A stretch of DNA of 64,000 nucleotides, taken from positions 64,728,001-64,792,000 of the forward strand of contig NC_043001.1 in the NCBI RefSeq assembly GCF_006345805.1, given 5' to 3'. The translations under genes and the position numbers were made by a program. This DNA comes from Octopus sinensis. Taxonomy: Eukaryota. The stretch's first letter is position 1; each line of letters opens with the position of its first letter. Below, one piece after another: positions 38,150 to 50,334 of this stretch. Under the pieces are notes generated by a model. The model was not told the DNA's origin, ran no database searches, and saw only the letters and a program-made list of their open reading frames with translations.

Positions 38150-39905
38150 AACCCAACTCCCAACCTGACACCTCAAAACTTCTTCATCTGGCCAAACTTG
38201 TTCTCTCTCCCTCAGCTGCTTCTTGTTCATGAGGTATTTTTACCAACAGGTCTCAGGAATGGCCATGGGAATGAGAATGGGCCCCAACTATGTGAACCTG
38301 TTCATTGGCTACGTTGAGGCCCAAATATTCTCACAATTCACTGGTCTCACTTCTGAACTATATGGTCATTATCTTGATGACTGTATTGGTGCGACCTCAC
38401 TCTCCTGCAAACAACTAGACCCCTTCCTCTCTTTTGTCCAATCCTTCTATCCTGCCCTCAAATTCTTTTGCTCTATTTCCAACATTTCCATTGCATTTCT
38501 TGGCATTTCTTTCAACATACATCACTTCACTCTCATCACCTCCATCTGACTCACACTCCTACCTTAACTATTCCCACCCTAAAACACCAAGCTCTCCATC
38601 TCCTACTCCCAACTTCCTCCATCTGCACAGGCTCTGCAGTAACAATAATGACTGAGACTCAATATCAACTCATGGCTCTCCACTTCATCCTCCATGGATA
38701 TTCCTTCACCATTATTCACACAGCCCTTGCCAGGGCACATTCTGTAAACCGTCCCTCTGGTCTCTCTCTCCCCTCACCTGCCCTACAATTGCCCATCTCC
38801 TGTTTATCCCCACCTATCACCTATCTACCCTGCCCCTCCAATTATACCATTCTCTGAGCCTTCCAGCAACTCCAATCTGGCCCCTTCACCTCACACATCT
38901 TCCCCAACCTACCCTTTCCCTCCTCAAACGAGCCCACAATCTACATAACAGTTTCTTCCCTAACCCCCACCTACCAGCATGGCTTGTTTTCCTGCTTCTG
39001 CCTACACTACCGCACTTGTCCCTCTCTCTCTAACACCACTATACACACAGGCACCCATCATCATCCCTATCATATCACCAACTCCTTTACCTTCACTTCT
39101 AGCAACATCATTTACTGCATCTCCTGCACTTTCTGCCCTTCTCTGTACATCAGTCAAACTGGATGCTGCTTGGCTGACCGGTTTGCGGAGCACCTCCAAG
39201 ACATCAAACTTGGCAATGACACCCCAGTCTCATGCCATTTCTGCTCTACCAGTCATTCATTACAACACTTGTCTGTGTTTGGATTGTCTTTACACAAGGG
39301 CCATCTGGACTCCCACCTTCGCTATAAACAGGAATTAATCTTCTCTCTTTGCTCCTTTGTGCTACATGGGTCCAACTCCCCTCCTCTTCTCACTTCATCT
39401 GACACCTACTTCCTCCCTTCACTCCTACCCAGCTTCTCTCTTCGTTGATACCACCACCACCCCACGCATCCCACACCTACACCTACTCCCTTACTCCCAC
39501 ATCCGCACACCCCATACCACTCCACACACACTAGCACTGACCACTTCCCAGTACCCACAACACACATTATGATCCGCACACTCACATGTTACACCTACAC
39601 ACTTATGCACACATCCACATACATCAAAGTCACTAGCCCCTATCCACACACACATTCTCACATACACACACACACGTGTACCTTCATTCTGGGATCACCA
39701 GTACTTTATCTACCATGCTTGACTGCTAAATCCACAAGTATTTCTATTTTCTCTCTGTTTATTTTCTCCTATTCCTTTCTGTTGAAGAGCATAAGCTTAA
39801 AACATAAAAGACTTTTTCACCTTCCTGAGCATCAAATTAATACACCTGCTCGTTGTTCATACACCTGTCTTCAGCTTTTGTTTTCCTGTAAATTTCAACT
39901 ATATA
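38150..39905 (+). mobile_element. Penelope-like element (RT + GIY-YIG + pseudo-LTR), decayed
   Basis: QVSGMAMG..MGPNY.NLFIG, YLDDC; SSNIIYCISC..C..LYISQTG..LADRFAEH; terminal repeat shared with 41840-42030. Confidence 0.9.
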
Positions 39906-39909
39906 TATA

Positions 39910-40099
39910 CATCATCATCATCATTTAACGTCCGTTTTCCATGCTAGCATGGGTTGGACGGTTCAACCGGGGACTGGGAAGCCAGGAGGCTGCACCAGGC
40001 TCCAGTCTGATCTGGCAGTGTTTCTACAGCTGGATGCCCTTCCTAACACCAACCACCCTGTGAGTGTAGTGGGTGCTTTTTTACATGCCACCGGCACAG
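39910..40099 (-). mobile_element. Short RTE 3' end with (CAT)n tail
   Basis: catcatcatcatttaacgtccgttttccatgctagcatggg... Confidence 0.9.
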
Positions 40100-40107
40100 T
40101 ATATATA

Positions 40108-40620
40108 TCTCTATATATATAAAACAGAGAATGTGTGTGTGTCTGTCTGTCTGTGTGTTTCCCTAAAACTTGAGAACTACACAACCAATTTCATTCAAAT
40201 TTTACACATGCCTTACTTAGGGTCCATGTAGTTTCATGGGCAAAAAAAATGTTCAACTTCTTACCTAGGGCGAGCCCATAGCAATATCATATCTTCTCCA
40301 CTATTTCAGTATTACGTGTTAAAAGTGAAACAAAAACATTTCTCTATTTTATGTCAGATACTTTCACTTTAACAATAAAAATTAGAGATTATAATAACAA
40401 TTGAATTATATGTAGTAAGTAATAATTAAAATCAAACTAAAGTATAATATGATAATTAAATCGTAACATAATTAAAAGTAAAAATAGCAATTGGTATAAA
40501 ATTGCATCAATGACTTGAACTTGAATAAGTGGTTTCACATGAATGGGAATAAATTAAAAATAAAATTAATGCGCAGAAATAGAATAGTCCAGATGGAGCT
40601 GTGCACATACCCTTTACCAT
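40108..40620 (+). mobile_element. Helitron-type non-autonomous element (5' part)
   Basis: A|TC start, ctatatatataaaa, (GTCT)n, ctaaaacttgagaac...ccaatttcattcaaatttt pattern; no clear 3' CTAG end found. Confidence 0.5.
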
Positions 40621-40639
40621 GGCTTTTACATTAGATTAT

Positions 40640-41470
40640 CTGCTAATTAGCTAGCATTAAGTATCCATATGAAGTTTGGCTGTATGTAATGTCTGTTTTC
40701 TCGAACAGCCGCTTCTATTGAGTACTGCTGTTGGTTTATTTCGTATACATAAAGGACTATAGCTTCAATTACGTACTGCTTTTTTATTCACCTTAAGGTT
40801 TGTTGTTATTATTATTACTGTTTAACTATTGTTATCACGTTTGTTGGTTCCTCGTAAGGGAAACGTTGTTGTGTTGCATTTGTTAAATAATTGCAAACTG
40901 TAACCCTTTGGGAGAAGGAGCTTTGGTTATTGTTTAAAAATTGAATTGTGTCCCTGTTTGGGGAAATTGACGATATTTTCACTGTTTACACAGAAGCATT
41001 CTTGTTAGAATGCCTTTGATAGAAGAAAGTCCAAAAATGAATTTCGCTGCAGCCGATCTCATTAAAATTAAAATGGAAGAGATACAAACCTATTTCGGAT
41101 TGATCACCAACAAAGACGGTGAATCTAGGATAACACCACCAAACAAAATAAAAAATTAAATTAAAGAAAAGACTATTGTCTATAAAGTATACCATGTAGA
41201 GAAAAAAAAAAAGATTTGAACACCTGGAGGAAAGCACCATCAAAAAGTGTCTTGGCGCGACTGTGAATGATATCTAACCAGAGGCGGTAAATTCGCCACA
41301 ATAGAAGCAAGGTTCGAGTCAACAGAGCGTGCAAAGTGGAAATATTTTATTTTTATCTTTACATCTGGGACGTAGGATGTCCCAGATAAAAATTTAAAAT
41401 GTACCCCTAGAAGTAGAGGTAGGCTGGATTGTAGTCACACTTCTATATAAGAGGGAGGACAAGATACAAT
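40640..41470 (+). mobile_element. 5' UTR and ORF1 fragment of the L1/Tx1-like family
   Basis: EKTIVYKVY and YLTRGGKFATIEARFES resemble EKTVVYKIY and YVGRGPRIATVEVQLEN at 44500-44690. Confidence 0.6.
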
Positions 41471-41771
41471 TGATCGAAATTGCAAGAGACGGGCCTACAA
41501 TTTCAGTCTGTTATATATTTTGAGTATTGTTATCACTAGCGATATCAAGATATAACTTTGTATTTTGTATTTTATGTGTAGATGTATATATATAGATGTA
41601 CATGTAATATGTATATATATATATATATATACACATATATACATGCACTAGCACTATGACCCAGCATATATATATATAAATGAAAGAATAATACTACCAG
41701 GTATCTGCAAATTCTAAGGGTGAATGAGCTCTATTTTGTACTCTAATACATTCTTAGTGGAATACACTTCA

Positions 41772-41837
<66 letters not shown>

Positions 41838-41838
<1 letters not shown>

Positions 41839-42030
41839 CCATGATAGATCGCTAGCCACTACACATTCTTTATTTTCTCCCCTTGTTTTTTTCTGTGTTC
41901 CTTTCTATAGAAGAGCATAGGCTCGAAACGTTAAAGACTTTTTCACTTCCCAAGCATTATACTAATACATCTGTTTGTTGTCTACACCACCTGTCTTCAT
42001 CTTTTGTTTTTTTGTGAATTCTCCTTATAT
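41838..42030 (+). mobile_element. PLE pseudo-LTR with hammerhead-like motif (41901-41936)
   Basis: Matches 6819-6990 (reverse) and 39720-39900. Confidence 0.75.
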
Positions 42031-42098
42031 ATATATGTATATATATATGTATATATATGTGTGTATGTGTGTGTTTGCGTATGTGTGTATGTATATAT

Positions 42099-42146
<48 letters not shown>

Positions 42147-42200
42147 ATACATACATATATACACACACACACACACTCACAGAACCACGCTAATAGCTTA

Positions 42201-43838
42201 GGAGAGAAATTTAGGATTTCTTGGTTTTCTGTGAATCGATTTTGATAAAACTTCCCAGCTGGTTTGGACACTATGGCAACACCATTGTTATGTTTTCATT
42301 ATTCTGTGTAACGTCCTTTCTTTTCTATTTCAGATTCTTTAGTTTTTGGTTAAAACACACTAATAGCTTTTGAATGAAAATAGCCCATCGAGACATTTTT
42401 TTTCAGAAGATGAAGGATAAGGATACATATTAAGCATACATTGAGTATATATTTAACAGAGAACCATAATGATATTATAACATTTATTGACATAATGAAT
42501 TATTTAGCCACAGGAGCACCATTTCGACAGATAACTTCCAATTTCTTAATAGTAGCAGGCTGGACTGCTTCTGCTGCAGCTTTGATGGTCGAGCAACAGC
42601 TTCAATGTAAATTGGTGTCCATCAGTATAAGGGCTGAGATCCTGCGATGTTGGCAGCCACACCATCAACCTTTCACCTTATATGCCATAAGACCCTAGTA
42701 ATGTTTGGGTGGTCCTAGCAGAGTGGAAGGGAGTGTTGTCATGCATAAATACAAGATTCCTTAGATGTAACAATGGTATGTCATCTAACCAGGGATTGCA
42801 ATAGGCAGTTGCAGCCACTTTAACCCCTTCAGGCACCCTGACTGGGCCAACAAGTCTGTCCCCAATGATACCAGTCCACAACATGTCTCCTCCACTCTGT
42901 TGTTGACATAGTAAACATTGGTGACACTCGTCTCTAAAATAGACCCAAACATTTGCCCAGCTATCCAATTCAACAAGGATCACCCTGGTTTTGTCAGTGA
43001 ACAGAACACAACTTATGTCTAACGTCATGTACTTTTGGGCCCATTGAAGCCTCAAAAGGACATTAAAGGAGGCAGTTTTAGGGGTTCTTGCATGGAAGCT
43101 ATGGTCTTGAGGATGCGATTTCTGGTGGTTTTAGGTATATGAGGAAGTCCCGAGGCAGTGAAAATGGCTTTGCTTGTTTGTCCATGTTTCCTATATAACT
43201 TGCGGCCAATATTCCTTAAATCCCTAGCTGTCACAATCCTGGAAGTTCCTCAACCAGATAGTTTCTTCCTTGGCAAAGATTCCTTCAGGAATTGTCTAAC
43301 CGTGTCCACATGATGACCTAACTTCTCTGCAATGACATGAAGAGAGATACCTTTAGCACTTACCTTGTTAATGACAGGCTTTTCTTTATCGTTCAGGTCT
43401 ATTCCACATCTCATTGTTCTTAGAGAGGAGAGATGCTGTTAGTATGGTTCACCCAAAAACTGAAGAATCTGAATGAAAAAGAAAGGACATTACACAGAAT
43501 AATTCTTTCTACTGGAAATACAAGGCCTCAAATTTGGGGGAAGGGATTAAGTTGATTAGATCAACCCCACTGTGTAACTGGTACTTATTTAATTGACCTC
43601 GAAAGGACGAAAGCAAAGTTGACCTCGGCAGGATTTGAAATCAGAACATAATTGCTCACGAAATACCGCTAGGCATTTTGCCCGTTGTGCTAAATGTTAA
43701 GCTGTATTTCGTTTGCCACTATGTTCTGAGAATAATGAAAACATAACAATGGTGTTGCCATAGTATGCAAACCAGCATGGGAAAAGTTTTAGCAAAGTTA
43801 ATTTACAGAAAACCGAGAAATCCTAAATTTCACTCCTG
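42201..43838 (-). mobile_element. Tc1-like element with ~105 bp TIRs, decayed
   Basis: TIRs 42201-42305 and 43729-43838; RLQWAQKYM, LFTDKTR, FMHDNTP.H motifs. Confidence 0.85.
43510..43700 (-). mobile_element. tRNA-derived SINE nested in the Tc1 element
   Basis: Reverse complement of the family at 17445-17745 plus taagtaccag..tggggttgatctaatcaact. Confidence 0.75.
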
Positions 43839-43839
43839 A

Positions 43840-46800
43840 ATTCCACACCTGACCACCATCCAGGTAAAGCCAGAGGTGCTTTAGTCTCAGTGCATGTTTG
43901 CACAACAATAACCACGGCATCCCTAAGCCACCCTTTAGTGGTTCTTGACAGTACATGAAGCACCTCACGAGCGGTTTTCCCCTCCACAAAAAGCGGAAGA
44001 GAATTCACACCAGCTTCCATAGCCAGGAATCAGGGCAGGGGACAACGGTCAGACGGTAGGTGATAACAGACACAATAAACGTCTTGCACCACCTCCACCT
44101 CCCTTTCAGAGGCAGCGCTCTTTCGGACCAGGTCCAGGTTAGCGCCTCTTACCCTGTCCATCACCTCACTCCAATTTTTCTTCGTCTGACTGTCCGGACC
44201 AAACCAAACTCCAAGCAACTTAACAGGACCATCTGTCCAGTGCCCTACGACATTGGACGTTATCAGCTTGCTGTTCCAGGTGCCGAGCCACAAACCAACA
44301 GACTTATCCTTGTTAACTTTTGTTCCTGCCATCGCCTCGTATCTTCAGATTGCCTCCACTATGTGAGGTAGCTGAGTCATCTTGGATACGGTGATGGTGA
44401 TGTCAACCGCATCTGCAAAATGGAAGTTTCAAAGGAGCAGTTATTTAAATATAGAAATATGGTGAAAAAATCAGGCAATGAAACAAAACTGGTACCACCA
44501 AAGGATGTACTACAAAGTATAGCGGAAAAAACAGTTGTATATAAAATATACAACAGAAAATAAAAACGTATAATGTCGATGAAAAATGACATTGTTGAAA
44601 AATGCTTTGCTCCCATATGGGGAAAGATAAAATATGTTGGACGCGGTCCCAGAATTGCGACGGTGGAAGTGCAGCTTGAGAACGCCGCCATTGCCAAAGA
44701 AGTTTCTTCACAAATGTTAAAAATAGAAGAAATAATGTTACTACCAACATACCTAGGCCGGAGAACCGCAAAAATTGTAATTGAGAAGATTCCGGCCAGG
44801 TACAACATCAATAGCATAATGGCTGTAGTAGTTTACGACGCAGAGGAACAGATAAATATTTTAAGTATGAAGAAGAGAGGAGCAATAAATTGGAATGGTC
44901 AGACACTGGAATTATTAGTCCAAGCTTCAAATGAAGCACTTGAAGCAAGACCCAACAGAATATTCATAGGGGAAGGAATTAGCGCAAGAGTGTCGGTGGA
45001 GGGGCATCAACCCAGATGCTTTAAATGTGGAGAAAAGGGTCACGTCCGCTCCGAGTGTGAAAAGATAAAAAAAACGGCACAAAAGAGCACTGAAGTTCCT
45101 CCCCAACAGGAAAAAGATCAACAGGAGAAAAACTAACAGAAGAAGAACAACAAGGAAACAGAAAAAGTAGAGACAACACAAAATAAAGAAAATAAGGAAA
45201 AAGAACAAGATAAGGATTTTAACGTCATATCACACAAAAGAAAACAAAACCTCACCACAGACTCCCCACCCTTAACAAGAAAAAACATTGCAGAGCACAC
45301 AAAAAAAAAATGACCCCATCTGACCCCAAACCAAAAAACACTCCCCCAAAACAGACACAAGGAGAAAAAACAGTCTCGTATAACACAAAAAACGTGGTGT
45401 TACATGAATTAATAGAAAAAATATACGTCACATTTGTGGCTGACTAGAGTGAATACTGAACACTTTGAACAGTTCAAACAGCGATATCCAGAAGATATTT
45501 TTGATTAAGCCAGTACATAGTGAAAGAAAAAATTGTGCTGGCACTAGTGACTACACCAGAAAAGGGAGAAACAGAAGGAGGGGACGGCAAATGTCATACA
45601 GCCCCCTCCCCAAGTTTAAAAAGTAAGTAAATTCAACTTTTACCATGGAAATTAAGTTAGGATCTGTAAATGTACGTGGCCTGGGTTCAAAATGGAAGCA
45701 AACAGGCCTCCTAAACGATCTCAGGACACAAAATTTAGATATATGTGTGGTGAACAGGCCACAGGTGTTCTCGCCTCTTCTAAAGGACTACGAGAAATTT
45801 ATTTCTCCTAATCAGAGAGGAAGCGGAGGCATGGTGGTGCTGGTCAAGAAAAGCTTGGACATACAAATAAGTACAGTCTTTCTGGACCCAGAAAGTAGTC
45901 TGGTCGCATGCAAGTAAGCATCCTTCAGGGTTTTTTTTGGAGTAACATCACAAACTTTAGTTTTAACAGGAGACTTCAACACTATTCTCGATGCGTGAGT
46001 GGATAGTGTGGGGTCGATCAATAGGATGGGAAGTCCTGGCCTAAAAAGAATACTAGCAAGCTATAACCTAGTAGATCGATACAGACTGGATGAACCGCTT
46101 GTTCCACAGTGGATGTGGTCTAATAACGATGGTTCATACAGGTATTACTTAGATAGGATAATCATAAGAGATAGAGATAAACACATAGTTAGTTGTCCAC
46201 ACTTTTACTTTACCTCCTACATGGATCACAAATTACTGACGTGTGAGGTACACCTAGCTAAGTGCCATAGACAGCAACCAGGGTACTGGAAGATGAACAA
46301 GTCTATTTTGAATAGTAAAGTCTTCCGTACCTAATTTAAGGAGTTAGTTCAGAGGGAATTATACGGAGCCATCGTGAATAATAGATGGTGGTGCACCTTC
46401 AAGCGAGCCATTCATTCAGAGTCTCTTAGATTTTGTAGAGAGCTAAGTTTAGAGAAGATTAGAATAGAAAGGCAGCTAATTAAAGAATTAAAGGAGGCCA
46501 TGGAATCCGGCTCTGCATCCAAAGTATTGGCAGCGAAAATGGTATTACACCGTCACCTCCAAGCCAAATACGAAGGGTGTTGAGTCAGGGCTAGAGGAGG
46601 TATTAACATTGCCGGATAGGCCCATCATGTGGGGAGTTGGAGAGGCAGAGAAGCCTCTGTACAGTCTTTAATTGACGAACAGGGGTGTACGATCAAAGGA
46701 CAGGAGATGCAGAAGGACTTTCACCAACATTTTGCCCAGCTGTTTGGGACGAGTGAGGCATTGGACCATGGGGAGCCCTTAAGGGAATTCCTGGCCGACA

Positions 46801-47537
46801 GGCTGCGACTCGCAGCGTGAGATGCAAGGTGTTGTGAAGGGTCAATTACAGCTGTGGAGGTCAAGGAGATGCTGGGCAAATTCACTCAGGACAAGTTGCC
46901 AGAGCTGGATGGCCTGCACTGAGTTTTACAGTAGTATTCTGGACTTGCTCAGACACTTGCTGGCTTGCGTATACATGAACTGGCAACAGAATGGAAGAAT
47001 TTCCAGCTCTGTGAGTTGGGTAGTGGTGATGCTAGTCAGAAAAGACCCGAGCAAGGGGGATCATATTAGTAACTTCAGGCCCATAACTCTACTGAACGTA
47101 GAGTTAAAGACTTTGGCCAAGGTATTAGCAAAAAGGTTGACGCGTATCACGGAGAAACTTATAGGGAAGGCGCAAACATGTGCCATTCCTGGCAGGTCAA
47201 TCCAGGACAATCTTCATCTCTTATGCTACACCTTAGACAGGGTGGGTAAAGTATCTGGTAAAGGTGGGGCTCTGGTCCATTTAGACCAAAGTAAGGCTTA
47301 CGATAGGGTTGACCATCGGTACCTGGAGGCAGTTCTTGAGGCGGCTGGGCTAGGCCCAGATTTCCATGGTTTGATCAAGGCCATGTAAGGTGGCATCAAA
47401 TCCACAGTTCAATTGAATGGCTACCTGTCGGAACTGTTCGAGATCAAAAGTTCAGTTCATCAGGGATGCCCCCTGTCTTCACTTCTGTATATGCTGACTC
47501 TCGAGCCATTAATGCCAAGGTTGGAGAATTTGGGTAG
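43840..47537. mobile_element. L1/Tx1-clade LINE, rearranged (ORF1-EN-RT on +, post-YADD part on -)
   Basis: CFKCGEKGHVRSEC knuckle; GSVNVRGL endonuclease start; NFRPITLLN, LDQSKAYDRV, QGCPLS on +; decayed YADD, KVNKDKS, K.LGVWF on - from 44418. Confidence 0.9.
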
Positions 47538-47771
47538 CCCCCCCCCCCCCCAATAAAATCAGATGTGGTAAACATAAGGACACAGGAAATGTGTCAAGGC
47601 CCATAGGAAGTGTTGTTGCTTCCTAGGGCTAAATAGCAGTAGTATTATTTCCTTCATGGGACTGTCACATTAAGTTGACAGTATACAACTACTTTATCGT
47701 ATCACTACTACACAAATCTCTCTGAGAGATTTAGAAATTCATTATTTCTATATATATATATATAGAGAGAG

Positions 47772-49808
47772 AGAGATGCAGTTTGGTTTCGTGCCAGGGA
47801 AAAGCACCAATGATGCCATGTTTCTGGTAAGACAGCTGCAGGAGAAATACCTAGCCAAAGATAAGCCCCTGTACCTGGCTTTCGTTGACATGGAGAAAGC
47901 CTTTGATAGGGTCCCCTGATCCCTTATCTGGTGGTCAATAAGGAAACTAGTGATAGATGAATGGTTAGTGAGAGCTGTGCAAGCCATGTACAGGGATGCT
48001 GTAAGGTGAGGGTTGGCAACGAGTACACTGAAGAATTCAGGGTAGACATAGGGGTCCACCAAGGTTCAGTCCTCAGCCCCCTCCTATTTATCATAGTCCT
48101 CCAGACAATAACGGAGGAATTCAAGACAGGAAGCCCTTGGGAGCTCCTATATGCTGATGACCTTGCTCTAATTGCTGAGTCACTATCAGAACTAGAGGCA
48201 AAGTTTCAAGTGTGGAGACAAGGATTAGAATCGAAGGGCCTTAGAATCAACCTAGCTAAAACCAAAGTCCTAATATGTAGGAAGGCAGGCAAACCACAAA
48301 TCCCTTCAGGTAGATGGCCCTGCTCAATCTGTATTAGAGGCATAGGTAGAACCTCTATAAGATGTACCCAGTGTAAGCTATGGACACATAAGAGGTGCAG
48401 TAATATCAATGGGAGGCTAACTGGGAAGATAGTTTTTGTATGTGGCAGATGCTCAGGAGCAATAAACACTGAAAATGCGCAGAGACCAGCTTCCACCTCA
48501 TTCCAGGGAGAAAAACTAGAAGTAGTCGATAGCTTCCATTACCTAGGGGACCAAGTCAGTACTGGAGGAGGGTGCACTGAAAGTGTAGCTGCTAGAATAA
48601 GAATAGCTTGGGCAAAGTTCAGAGAGCTCTAGCCTCTGCTGGCAACAAAGGGCCTCTCGCTCAGGGTAAAAGGTAGACTGTATGATGCTTGTGTATGAAC
48701 AGCCATGCTACATGGTAGTGAAACATGGGCTGTGACTGCTGAAGACATGCATAAGCTCACAAGGAATGTAGCCAGTATGATCCGATGAATGTGTAATGTC
48801 AGTGTGCATACTCGACTGAGTGTAAGTACCTTGAGAGAAAAGTTGGACCTAAGAAGCATCAGATGTGGTGTGCAAGAGAGACAACTGCGCTGGTATGGTC
48901 ATGTGGCGAGAATGGACGAGGATAGTTGTGTGAATAAGTGCCACACCCTAGCGGTTGAGGGAACCTGTGGAAGAGGTAGACCGAAGAAGACCTGGGATGA
49001 AGTGGTGAAGCACGACCTTCAAACTTTAGGCCTCACCAAGGAAATTACTAGTGACCGAGACCTTTGGAAATATGCCGTACATGAGAAGACCCGGCAAGCC
49101 AAATGAAACCATAATCTCTTGGCCTATGCCAGGGGCATAACCAGCCCACTTGTACATAACCTTTTCCTTCTTTGGTCACTAAAACTCTGCTTGCGAAGAC
49201 CTGCCGAGGCAAGTGAAATCAAATCAAATCAATCAAAAGCAAAATCAAAATCAAATTTGATGACTGGCGTCCGTGCTGGCAGGGTGCAAAAAGCACCATA
49301 CGAGCATGATCATTGACAGAGCGGCTAACCAGCTTCCGTGCCAGTGGCATTTAAAGGGCACCATTCGAGTGTGATCGTTACCAGCGGCGCCTTACTGGCA
49401 CTTGTGCCCGTGCTAGTAGGGTGCCAAGAGCACCATCCCAGTGTGATCGTTGCCAGAGCAGCCAACTGGCTTCTGTGCCAGTGACACGTAAAAGGGCACC
49501 ATTTGAGCGTGATCGTTACCAAAGTTGCCTTACTGGCATCTGTGCTGGTGGCATGTGTAAAAGGATTCGAGCGATACTGAAGGACAACAGTAACGCCTGA
49601 CTGGCCCCCGTGCCAGTGGCACGTAAAAAGCACCCACTACACTCTCGGAGTGGTTGGCGTTAGGAAGGGCATCCAGCTGTAGAAACTCGGCGAAATCAAG
49701 ATTGGAGATGGTGCAACCATCTGGTTCGCCAGCCCTCAGTCAAAATCGTCCAACCCATGCTAGCATGGAAAGCGAACGTTAAACGATGATGATGATGATG
49801 ATGATGAT
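47772..49808 (+). mobile_element. 5'-truncated RTE LINE, same family as 57337-61390
   Basis: QFGFVPG, GVHQGSVLSP, LLYADD, PHD-like finger, repeat-rich 3' UTR, (GAT)n tail. Confidence 0.95.
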
Positions 49809-49831
49809 ATATATATATCCCATTTTTCTTA

Positions 49832-50080
49832 TATCATCATCATCATCATCATCATCGTTTAACGTCCGTTTTCCACGCTAGCACGGGTTGGACGGTTTCG
49901 ACCGGGGTCTGGGGAGCTAGGGACTGCCCCAGGCTCCAGTCTGGTCTGGCAGTGTTTCTACAGCTGGATGTCCTTCCTAACGCCAACCACTCCGCGAGTG
50001 TAGTGGGTGCTTTTTACGTGCCACCTGCACAGGTGCCAGAGGGGTCTGGCATCGGCCACGTTCGGATGGTGCTTTTTATG
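49832..50080 (-). mobile_element. RTE 3' end, tail-to-tail with the preceding copy
   Basis: (CAT)n + cgtttaacgtccgttttccacgctagcacggg... Confidence 0.9.
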
Positions 50081-50334
50081 TGGGGGGGTGCAGGAATATA
50101 GGGGAGCACCAGTGGGGAGGGGTGGTTCAGAGAAATGATGACAGGTTGTAGGCAAGTAGAAGGTAGGATATCAATAGAGGGGTAATGCATGGTAAAATAG
50201 CGTATTGAAGAGGGGGGTTCGAAGAGAAGACACCTAAAATGGTGGTGGGAGAAGCGACATCCGGTATAGATGGAGAAAAATAGAAATATCCGGTATTGGT
50301 GGTGGGGGTGGGCAGGGCGGGTCACCGCGATACA

